From a virus (Duplodnaviria; Caudoviricetes): a DNA stretch of 24,574 nt. Under the pieces are notes generated by a model. The model was not told the origin of the DNA. It saw nothing but the letters and a program-made list of their open reading frames with translations, and ran no database searches. The stretch lies in the IMG/VR virus record IMGVR_UViG_3300032330_001059, positions 1 through 24,574 of that record; one strand, 5' to 3'. Shown here one piece after another: positions 1-6,302 of the stretch (within the stretch, counting starts at the first letter, position 1; the number at the start of each line of letters is the position of its first letter). Both the position numbers and the translations under genes were made by a program.

Positions 1-287
1 CCTTGACCAAAGATAGCTTCCATGATCTCAGCATGGCGAGTCTCTACTGCTTGTTGGGTGGCGGGGGTTACGATGCGTGAACGCTCAGACTCACGGGTTT
101 TGTCTTCAGATGCCCACTGACCACGAAAGATGCGCTCGTATTCCAGATAATCAGGCAGGTAGTTGGTGTCTCTCCAATCACGCCAGCGGTTGCAATGGTC
201 AGTAACAAAATCAGTCAGGTCTTTATCAGCCTGTGTAGGCTCATAAAACTCACCTTGCTCTAGCTTTTCTTGATTATCTGTTGCCAT
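1..287 (-). CDS. Portal protein, N-terminal part (runs off the window)
   Basis: Manual translation from ATG at 287: MATDNQEKLEQGEFYEPTQADKDLTDFVTDHCNRWRDWRDTNYLPDYLEYERIFRGQWASEDKTRESERSRIVTPATQQAVETRHAEIMEAIFGQG, open to the window edge. TAAGG SD upstream. Lies downstream of terL and resembles podoviral portal N-termini. Confidence 0.8.
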   Translation of the reverse strand, partial: MATDNQEKLEQGEFYEPTQADKDLTDFVTDHCNRWRDWRDTNYLPDYLEYERIFRGQWASEDKTRESERSRIVTPATQQAVETRHAEIMEAIFGQ

Positions 288-291
288 AGTG

Positions 292-753
292 TTACCTTAT
301 AGACGAACCGATTGTATTGCCAAATGGATCGCTGTACATGGGAGAGGTTTGAGGTGCTGGCATCCTTAAATCTTGAGGTGTTGCAAAAGGACTCAATCCT
401 TGTTGAATTCGATACAAAGCAAAACGCTCTGCTTTGTCGTAAATCTCTGGAGTTGGCTCACCACCACGACTCAAAATATCAATTTCTTGTGCGGTAAGAG
501 TGGGCACTATTAAAGGATATTGAATAGTTTGACCATTTACCTCAAAGGAAGATGACAATTCAGTCATCGTCCCACCTTCTGATGTAGGAATTGGGCCAAA
601 AAACCCTTTTCCTTTTGCCTGTATATTGTCCTTTAGAGATTCAGAGTATCTAAACCCATAAGGCGCAAGGTTGCCATAACTAGAAATTCCCAAATAGTCT
701 CCAAATAGTCCCTTGACTATGCTGGATTCATTTTGGTTCATTTCCTCGTTCAT
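292..753 (-). CDS. Hypothetical protein inserted between terL and portal
   Basis: ORF 292..786; the likely start is MNEEMNQ at 753, coupled to the terL stop (TAATG). Contains KGKGFFGPIP...YPLIVPTL...GLSPF. Confidence 0.75.
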   Translation of the reverse strand: MNEEMNQNESSIVKGLFGDYLGISSYGNLAPYGFRYSESLKDNIQAKGKGFFGPIPTSEGGTMTELSSSFEVNGQTIQYPLIVPTLTAQEIDILSRGGEPTPEIYDKAERFALYRIQQGLSPFATPQDLRMPAPQTSPMYSDPFGNTIGSSIR

Positions 754-2012
754 TAAACCCCCGATATGATGTCTACAGGCTCCCACTCTTCATCTTCTTC
801 ACTCTCAAAGTAAGATGTTACAGCCAATTGGTCAATATAACTCAAAGCATCAGGAAGGTCATCATGTACGCCATTGGCAGGAAACATCAAGAGTTGGTCA
901 GTGAAGTCATCCCAATCTTCCTCTGAGTTCAGCACAATACGCCCATGCTCAAACCGCCCTTGGAGACTCCAGATGATTCTGTCTGTCTTTTTCCTGTTGC
1001 CATGCGTTAGGTCAACTATGTGCGAATATACATTATTTTTCCGCATCAAGTCACTGAGGTAGGGCAAAACAGCGTTTTTAAGTGCCCCACGCTCGATTCC
1101 CACCGAAATTGGCCTGTAATCCCGCATCTTTATCAGGATTTTGGCAGCAGTTTCCCGAATGTCCCACCGACCATGGTCAATCTCTTTGACAAACCACTTG
1201 CCATCATCAGTGACTTTGACCACTGCAATGGCACTTTCATCTAGTCTTTTTTTCGCGTTAGCAGCTTGTTTAGCCACTTCTTCAAATCCTGCCAAATCGA
1301 TTGCAATGAAGTAACTACCATACTCAGGTTCCACACCATATTTGATCCAATCTTCTTTAAAAACATCGCTTCCTGCGTTGTCAAAGGATGCCAAGTACTC
1401 CTGCTTGAAAGCAAAGGAACTCAGCGTCTTCTTGGCAGACTCAATTTCAGTTGGGTCTATCAATGGGTTGTCTTGGGTTGTGAAGTGCCAGGACTTCCAA
1501 TCAGGGTCAGATTCCTCTTGGCCCATCTTGAACAGATCATAGAACCAGTTGCGACCCTTGGGAGTGCCAATGAATATGGCTCTGCCCTTTTTGTCTGACA
1601 AAGAAGCACGAATCACCTGTTCCCAAGCTTCAGGCTTAATGTCAGCAACCTCGTCTAGCACCGCATAGGTCAGGGACACACCCCGCAGGGTATCTGGTCT
1701 ATCAGCACCACGAACATAAATCTTTGCACCATTTATCATGGTGATGTCCATATTGTTGATGTGACTGTTTTGGATAACATCCCGTCCAATCTCTAACAGT
1801 ACATCCCAAATAATCTGCCTTGCCTGTCCATTGGTAGGCGCAACATAGAGAACTGCACTTCCTGCTGGGCAACGCAATGCTTCAATAATTAGCGTAGTAG
1901 CCGCTAACCTAGACTTGCCACAACGCCTACCCGCAGCCACAACCTTAAACCTTGTTTTGTCAGTAAAGACTGTTTGTTGCCAAGGCAGGAGTGAGAAGTT
2001 GAGGTCAGACAT
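753..2012 (-). CDS. terL: Terminase large subunit
   Basis: 419 aa with Walker A AGRRCGKS, Walker B AVLDE, coupling motif GTPKG, and nuclease acidic motifs IAIDLAG and HDDLPDAL. Confidence 0.96.
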   Translation of the reverse strand: MSDLNFSLLPWQQTVFTDKTRFKVVAAGRRCGKSRLAATTLIIEALRCPAGSAVLYVAPTNGQARQIIWDVLLEIGRDVIQNSHINNMDITMINGAKIYVRGADRPDTLRGVSLTYAVLDEVADIKPEAWEQVIRASLSDKKGRAIFIGTPKGRNWFYDLFKMGQEESDPDWKSWHFTTQDNPLIDPTEIESAKKTLSSFAFKQEYLASFDNAGSDVFKEDWIKYGVEPEYGSYFIAIDLAGFEEVAKQAANAKKRLDESAIAVVKVTDDGKWFVKEIDHGRWDIRETAAKILIKMRDYRPISVGIERGALKNAVLPYLSDLMRKNNVYSHIVDLTHGNRKKTDRIIWSLQGRFEHGRIVLNSEEDWDDFTDQLLMFPANGVHDDLPDALSYIDQLAVTSYFESEEDEEWEPVDIISGV

Positions 2013-2397
2013 TTTTTGTTTCTACATCAGTCACATCTTGCAAGGGTTCAATCTCTACGCCACCAATGCCTGTGATGTTGATGGTAACGGCATTCCTTTG
2101 TTTGCCTTCTTTCTCAAACAGACTGACAGGAAGCATCCTATCCATACAGAGTTTGAGCATAGCGGCTTGTGCTGGGTGTTCATCATTCATAGCAATCTCA
2201 ATTGCTTTGTGAACGACATTGGAACCTGCACTGTTTATCAGGAGGTCTTTGAGTTCTTTGATGCGCTGAACTTCAGTCTTTGGCAGGAGAGCCGCAGGTC
2301 TTTCAGCATAGGTAGCCATAGTGAACTTCTTGTTCACAGCACCCTTGGGGCGACCTTTTTTCTTTAGGTTGTTTGGCAGTGCATCAATCACATTCAT
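2005..2397 (-). CDS. terS: Terminase small subunit (putative)
   Basis: 130 aa immediately upstream of and overlapping terL. N-terminal KKKGRPKG, helical core, C-terminal VTINITG strand. Confidence 0.75.
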   Translation of the reverse strand: MNVIDALPNNLKKKGRPKGAVNKKFTMATYAERPAALLPKTEVQRIKELKDLLINSAGSNVVHKAIEIAMNDEHPAQAAMLKLCMDRMLPVSLFEKEGKQRNAVTINITGIGGVEIEPLQDVTDVETKNV

Positions 2398-2424
2398 ACT
2401 TTACCCAGTTATGGAAGTAGTATA

Positions 2425-2564
2425 GGTTGTTGGGGATGAATTACCAGAGATGGCGCAAACACTCTACAGAGGCGGCAACCACATGAACAATCCAACACGG
2501 CTAGGGATTCGGGACAATAACTTGAACTTCCCAATTCAAGCATCTAAATCCCCATGCGTGTTAG
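2425..2564 (-). ncRNA. Two structured hairpin domains in the terS leader
   Basis: Minus strand CTAACACG-CAT-GGGGATT...CTTGAA/TTCAAG...AATCCCT-AGC-CGTGTTGG (about 2492-2564), then ATG-T-GGTTGCC...GGTAATT-CAT flanked by TTGTT/AACAA. Most G-U pairs favour the minus strand. Confidence 0.55.
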
Positions 2565-2666
2565 CTGTTGGTGAGATTCGAACTCACGGAAGCCCAAGTA
2601 TTGCCCATGACGGCACTCAAGTCTCTTTAGTCATGTCACCAATAGACCAGACTCTGGCACAACTAC
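2563..2666 (-). tRNA. tRNA-like element / pseudo-tRNA with non-canonical anticodon region
   Basis: Acceptor stem GTAGTTG/CAACAGC (6 of 7 pairs), D arm TGCCAGAGTCTGGTCTATTGG, perfect T arm GTGAG-TTCGAAT-CTCAC. About 51 nt between the D and T arms lack a canonical anticodon stem-loop. No encoded CCA. Confidence 0.65.
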
Positions 2667-2676
2667 TAACAACAAC

Positions 2677-2705
2677 AATGTAACTCACTTTCTTTCGTTT
2701 GACAA
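2677..2705 (-). promoter_or_regulatory. sigma70-type leftward promoter for the tRNA-like/terS-terL transcript
   Basis: TTGTCA (2705-2700), 17 nt spacer, TACATT (2682-2677). Predicted start is a few nt before the tRNA-like 5' end. Confidence 0.65.
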
Positions 2706-2727
2706 GTGGGGTAAACCCTAGTACATT
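2699..2727 (+). promoter_or_regulatory. sigma70 rightward promoter with a GGGTAAACCCTA box in its spacer
   Basis: TTGACA (2699-2704), 17 nt spacer, TACATT (2722-2727). Confidence 0.75.
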
Positions 2728-2733
2728 GTTCAC

Positions 2734-2990
2734 GGGGCCATCACCCAGCCCTCTATGCGGTGGAACCGACCAATTAGGATAATCGTAGCGAGTCAGGCGA
2801 CTCTTAAGTAGCCCCCCATCATTCGGGATGAATCATGGCAAGGTGAACGGGAAATGTAGTCTGAGCCACTTGTCTGACAAACAAGATACTGGTTAGCTTA
2901 GATAAACAAGAGGTTCACTTCTGAAAAGAAGACTAACCCTACACGGGTGCCTGAACTCGTCTATACCCTACCACCACCCGTCTGTAGCAC
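2734..2990 (+). ncRNA. Putative structured ncRNA A
   Basis: Follows the promoter and has no credible ORF. Hairpins: GGGGC-CATCACCCA-GCCCT, CGGT-GGA-ACCG, GAGTC-AGGC-GACTC, CATC-ATTCGG-GATG, GGTTAG...CTAACC enclosing CTTCT-GAAA-AGAAG, and CTACA-CGGGTG...CACCCG-TC-TGTAG. Confidence 0.5.
2853..2880 (-). promoter_or_regulatory. Possible convergent leftward promoter inside ncRNA A
   Basis: TTGTCA (2880-2875), 16 nt spacer, TACATT (2858-2853). Confidence 0.35.
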
Positions 2991-3106
2991 CTTCTCCCTT
3001 CCCAACAAAAGTCTAATTTCACCTTTTTTGTGGATGGGAGGCACCACAAAATCTCTCACACCACGACCACCCCCTCCCCCCCTACATTGTTGCGCCACTA
3101 CAACAC

Positions 3107-3178
3107 AGGGTAAACCCTTAAGGGTAAACGAGTAAGGGTAAACCCTGAGAGGGTAAACCCTAGGTAGTAGAAACCCTT
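3107..3178. repeat. Tandem array of AGGGTAAACCCT quasi-palindromic boxes
   Basis: Copies at 3107, 3121 (partial), 3135 and 3150 (spacing 14/14/15) plus a degenerate copy near 3167. Another copy at 3367. Confidence 0.9.
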
Positions 3179-3463
3179 AGATTAATTAACCGACCGGTCG
3201 GACGGTTTATGCGTAAATTGCATAGGCACCTTACTAAGGTAACCTGACTAAATCGATTGCACACACAATTGCATACAGTATTGTATACACTATACAAGAA
3301 CATAGATTGTTATCTTAATACTTTATGATTCATAGGGTTTTCATTCTATAAATAGTGGTAAAAACTAGGGTAAACCCTCTCACCGATCAACTGGCAGAAC
3401 CGTTAATATTAGTGACCAAAGCAGAAAAGCATTGGTTCTTCAATCAACTCAACAGGTGTCAAT

Positions 3464-3691
3464 ATGAAATCAAACCGCGCAGAATATCTCAATTTCTTCA
3501 CCAACTGGCTGCACTACCAATTTCCAAGAAATGCGGACATTGTGCATAACGTACTTATTATCCGCGAAGTGCGGCTTATCGTTGACACTGACAGCGAAGC
3601 GGCATATTGGGGTGATAGGGATTGTTGGACAATGCACGACATAGCAAACAAACGCATTCAAGCTCGTGCCATTGAAGCGGTGACAGCATGA
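3464..3691 (+). CDS. Early hypothetical protein
   Basis: 75 aa, AGGTG SD, first ORF after the control region, ATGA overlap with the next ORF. Confidence 0.75.
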   Translation: MKSNRAEYLNFFTNWLHYQFPRNADIVHNVLIIREVRLIVDTDSEAAYWGDRDCWTMHDIANKRIQARAIEAVTA

Positions 3692-3903
3692 ATCAATACT
3701 TCACTTTCCCCAATGAGCAAACCGCCCGCGATTATCGGCATGAACATGGCACTGGTGGCTGGATTTTTGTCCCTGAAAACGACAAACCCACGTTTCACCC
3801 TTACCATGCTGCCATTCTGTTTCCCTCTGAATTTACCCCTAGTGCCATCTTCAATCACCCTTTCACCAAGGGTCGCACTGGTAAGTTGATCGGGGCACAA
3901 TGA
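3688..3903 (+). CDS. Early hypothetical protein
   Basis: 71 aa, translationally coupled (ATGA) at both ends. Confidence 0.75.
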   Translation: MNQYFTFPNEQTARDYRHEHGTGGWIFVPENDKPTFHPYHAAILFPSEFTPSAIFNHPFTKGRTGKLIGAQ

Positions 3904-3983
3904 TGGACTATCAAGACAAAATTGTAGTTATCGGTTCGGCCTTGGCTTTCATGGCCTTGGCTTTCATCATGTGGACAACTTAA
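3900..3983 (+). CDS. Small membrane peptide (27 aa)
   Basis: MMDYQDKIVVIGSALAFMALAFIMWTT; ATGA coupling; one hydrophobic helix. Below the ORF-track cutoff. Confidence 0.6.
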   Translation: MMDYQDKIVVIGSALAFMALAFIMWTT

Positions 3984-4061
3984 AATCAAGGCTCAAGGGG
4001 ATTATGTCCCCTTTGGCCTGGGCTTTGGCTTAGGGTTCTTCAACTTTTTAATAGGTGTCAC

Positions 4062-4334
4062 ATGATCGCAATTCACACAAAATACATTAGCCCCACGAAT
4101 ACCCGTGGCGCACGAATCAAAGCATATACAGCCGATTGGGGCGACAGAAAAGGCTTTGCTGCCACTATCCCTTATCCTCATGCCCTCAGTTATGAGGCTT
4201 GCCACTTTGAAGCAGTTAAAGAGCTTGTTTCAAAAAACAAACTTGATTGGAATTTGAACGATATGCGCTTTGGTGACAGTGCTGATGGCAAAGGCTATTG
4301 TTTTTGCTTTGATCTTTCAAAGGTCAACGCATGA
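4062..4334 (+). CDS. Early hypothetical protein
   Basis: 90 aa (MIAIHTKYISPTNTRGARIKA...), AGGTG SD. Confidence 0.8.
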   Translation: MIAIHTKYISPTNTRGARIKAYTADWGDRKGFAATIPYPHALSYEACHFEAVKELVSKNKLDWNLNDMRFGDSADGKGYCFCFDLSKVNA

Positions 4335-4384
4335 TTTACGCCACCCTTGCACTCATTCTTAGAATACTAACCCGCAAAAAATGA
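4331..4384 (+). CDS. Micro-peptide (17 aa), hydrophobic then basic
   Basis: MIYATLALILRILTRKK; ATGA coupling to the upstream gene, AAAGG SD, fills the gap to the next gene's SD. Confidence 0.5.
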   Translation: MIYATLALILRILTRKK

Positions 4385-4395
4385 AAGGCTTTGAA

Positions 4396-4737
4396 ATGAA
4401 GATCAAAACAAGTGAATTAATAGGTTCCGCCCTTGATTGGGCGGTAGCGAAGTGTGAGGGATACGAAGACAAAGATTTTTGCTTAGACGATAAGTATTTT
4501 CGAGATGAAGATGACGTTTGGTATTCACCCTCTACAGATTGGTCACAAAATGGGCCGATCATTGAGCGGGAGGGAATCAACATCATTCAAAGTGGTTCTT
4601 GGTTCGCAGAAATGGATGCCGACCATAGCGGCGGCGTTATCCATGCCGAAGGCGGCACACCCTTGATCGCCGCCATGCGGTGCTATGTGGCAAGCAAGCT
4701 GGGTGATGAAGTTGAAATTCCAGAAGATCTAAAATAA
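4396..4737 (+). CDS. DUF2591/NinX-like phage protein
   Basis: MKIKTSELIGSALDWAVAKCEG...YSPSTDWSQNGPIIERE...TPLIAAMRCYVASKLGDEV signature; GAAAGG SD before ATG 4396. Confidence 0.8.
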   Translation: MKIKTSELIGSALDWAVAKCEGYEDKDFCLDDKYFRDEDDVWYSPSTDWSQNGPIIEREGINIIQSGSWFAEMDADHSGGVIHAEGGTPLIAAMRCYVASKLGDEVEIPEDLK

Positions 4738-4755
4738 AGTCAGTTCACACTAACT

Positions 4756-4783
4756 AAGACCGCCTTCGGGCGGTTTTTCTTTT
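4756..4783 (+). terminator. Rho-independent terminator of the early operon
   Basis: AAGACCGCC-TTCG-GGCGGTTTT followed by a T-rich tail. Confidence 0.9.
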
Positions 4784-4790
4784 CCCACTT

Positions 4791-4883
4791 TAAGCCCTTG
4801 CAAGCCATTGGGGTCAATCACCATGCACCCATCACAAGAAAAGCCCCTTAAAAGCCCTTTTAAGCCCTTTGGCAAGCCCTTTT
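4791..4883. repeat. Six short AAGCC(C/A)(C/T)T repeats between converging operons
   Basis: Copies near 4792, 4802, 4841, 4852, 4862 and 4874. Confidence 0.7.
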
Positions 4884-4887
4884 GTGG

Positions 4888-5112
4888 TCAATCATCATCT
4901 TGGTTTGGCAGTGTAGTGACAAGGCCCACATAGTTTAGGTTCATCTCAGGGTCAAGCCCACAATTGTAGAAGTGGCCCGCTTGGTCAATGGCAACCTTCA
5001 ATCCCTGCGTCATGTTACCGCCGCCGATCAATTCCAGAATGGCCCTTTGTTCGGGGCTTAAATCCAGTTTAAAGTCCGTCTGGGTTCTTAATGGGTTTAT
5101 CTTGTTTGCCAT
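4888..5112 (-). CDS. Hypothetical protein, possible ribbon-helix-helix DNA-binding protein
   Basis: MANKINPLRTQTDFKLDLSPEQRAILELIGGGNMTQGLKVAIDQA shows a strand-helix-helix pattern. The start could be 5124. Confidence 0.6.
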   Translation of the reverse strand: MANKINPLRTQTDFKLDLSPEQRAILELIGGGNMTQGLKVAIDQAGHFYNCGLDPEMNLNYVGLVTTLPNQDDD

Positions 5113-5569
5113 TAATCTGCTCACGCCAATATAAAGCTATTAATAATGCCTCTGCCCTGTTTCCATCTTTTTTGCGGGTCAACTTGGCTTCAGGCCAAAA
5201 TGATCGGGCAAGGTCTAGGCTTTCGTTTTTATCGCTTGTCAAGTGAAAATACTTTTTCCATTTCTGAGGTGTTACTAGGTGGAAAGGGTAATTTGTTAAT
5301 TCAGCAACAGCAGATATAACGCCAACTGCCCTGCCAAACTGAAAACTGCTGGCAACCCCTTGCCCTGGCATTGAATGCACTGATTCCATGCAAATCTCTG
5401 CCCCTTCCCTTGGATCAATGCACCGCAATATCATGTTTTTGAATACGAGGGGCAATATATTCTTATCTTTATGTTCGATCATAAAAGAGTCCAAATAATC
5501 TCCATTTGCATCCAATGCGCCAACTGCGCCGCTTATGCTGCCTGGGTCAAGCCCGATCCAGATGGTCAT
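5069..5569 (-). CDS. RuvC-like Holliday junction resolvase
   Basis: WIGLDPGSISGA, ICMESVHSMPGQGVASSFQFG, VTPQKWKK and DGNRAEALLIA motifs of phage RuvC-like proteins. Confidence 0.88.
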   Translation of the reverse strand: MTIWIGLDPGSISGAVGALDANGDYLDSFMIEHKDKNILPLVFKNMILRCIDPREGAEICMESVHSMPGQGVASSFQFGRAVGVISAVAELTNYPFHLVTPQKWKKYFHLTSDKNESLDLARSFWPEAKLTRKKDGNRAEALLIALYWREQINGKQDKPIKNPDGL

Positions 5570-5789
5570 ATTGGGCTTTCATATGGTTCGTCAAATCTGT
5601 TTTTATTCCACGCCATAAGTGAGTCGGGCATGACTCCAGTTCCTTGGCCCTGTGCCATGCTTGGCCCTTCCACCCTGGTTGCTTGGCAAGGTGAACAAGC
5701 CATTCCAAGGTCTCCTGATACAACAAGGGCTGAGTTGATAAGGTGCTGCGAGACTGCAAAACCTTGTTTTCGTTGTTCAAGTATTTCAT
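5547..5789 (-). CDS. Possible overlapping hypothetical protein (alternate frame)
   Basis: 80 aa open frame with protein-like amphipathic C-half YQETLEWLVHLAKQPGWKGQAWHRAKELE. Confidence 0.4.
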   Translation of the reverse strand: MKYLNNENKVLQSRSTLSTQPLLYQETLEWLVHLAKQPGWKGQAWHRAKELESCPTHLWRGIKTDLTNHMKAQYDHLDRA

Positions 5790-5808
5790 GGGCTTGGGTT
5801 TTGTTCAT
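5566..5808 (-). CDS. Hypothetical protein
   Basis: 80 aa, ATGA-coupled to both the upstream gene and the RuvC-like gene. Confidence 0.65.
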   Translation of the reverse strand: MNKTQAHEILEQRKQGFAVSQHLINSALVVSGDLGMACSPCQATRVEGPSMAQGQGTGVMPDSLMAWNKNRFDEPYESPI

Positions 5809-6302
5809 TTTGTCATCTTTTCTTTAAAACCTTGATAAAAATCACCACTGTCCATCAGTTTGAAAAGACCGAAACCTTCTTCAAAATAAACTGTATATCG
5901 CTCGCAAATGTAGTCGGCATATTCCCTCTCAAGTTGAGATGTTCTCATTGCGGCCTCGAATTCTTGCTCAGTCATGGGAACCCTTGCAATTTCAGCGGCT
6001 GCGCGGGTGATTGCTAGGCGAGTGGCTTCAGCAGTGTTAATGCCCGTCCTGACGAAAACCAGCGGTGTATCTTCTTTGTACCGCACCTGCACATTCCCTT
6101 GATTGATGGTGATCTTCATCTCCAACTTCACCGCTAAACGCAGTGCATCGCCATCATCGGTAATGGGGTTCCAAGGCTTTGCATCAAAGATGTTAAATCC
6201 TGGCGGCAAGCGAGTGCAGTTACGCCACACACCATTGGGGTCTTTTATCGCGTTGATTCTCGCCCCTTTTGCAGCCAACTCTATCAGTTCACTATCAGTC
6301 AT
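5805..6302 (-). CDS. DUF2591-like domain fused to a domain paralogous to ORF 7704-7937
   Basis: N-part MTDSELIELAAK...WNPITDDGDALRLAVKL...ATRLAITRAAAEI; C-part PMTEQEFEAAM...GDFYQGFKEKM. Confidence 0.8.
   Translation of the reverse strand: MTDSELIELAAKGARINAIKDPNGVWRNCTRLPPGFNIFDAKPWNPITDDGDALRLAVKLEMKITINQGNVQVRYKEDTPLVFVRTGINTAEATRLAITRAAAEIARVPMTEQEFEAAMRTSQLEREYADYICERYTVYFEEGFGLFKLMDSGDFYQGFKEKMTK

Noticed and set aside
1591-1602. TGTCTGACA copies in terL and at about 13537
   Set aside because: Inside coding sequence (LSD codons) with no promoter context; probably chance.
874-2367. Plus-strand ORFs opposite terL/terS, and similar antisense ORFs throughout the late genes
   Set aside because: Shadow frames of well-supported opposite-strand genes.
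2563-2666. Amber suppressor tRNA / TAG recoding
   Set aside because: The anticodon stem is poor and U33 is absent. Core genes are intact in the standard code, and TAG acts as a stop (e.g. 14765).
2450-3135. ORFs 2450..2683 and 2947..3135 (+)
   Set aside because: No convincing SD or protein-like composition; they overlie the tRNA-like, hairpin and C-tract elements.
3107-3178. CRISPR-like mini-array
   Set aside because: Repeats are 12 bp with 2-3 nt gaps; there are no spacer-length unique sequences and no cas genes.
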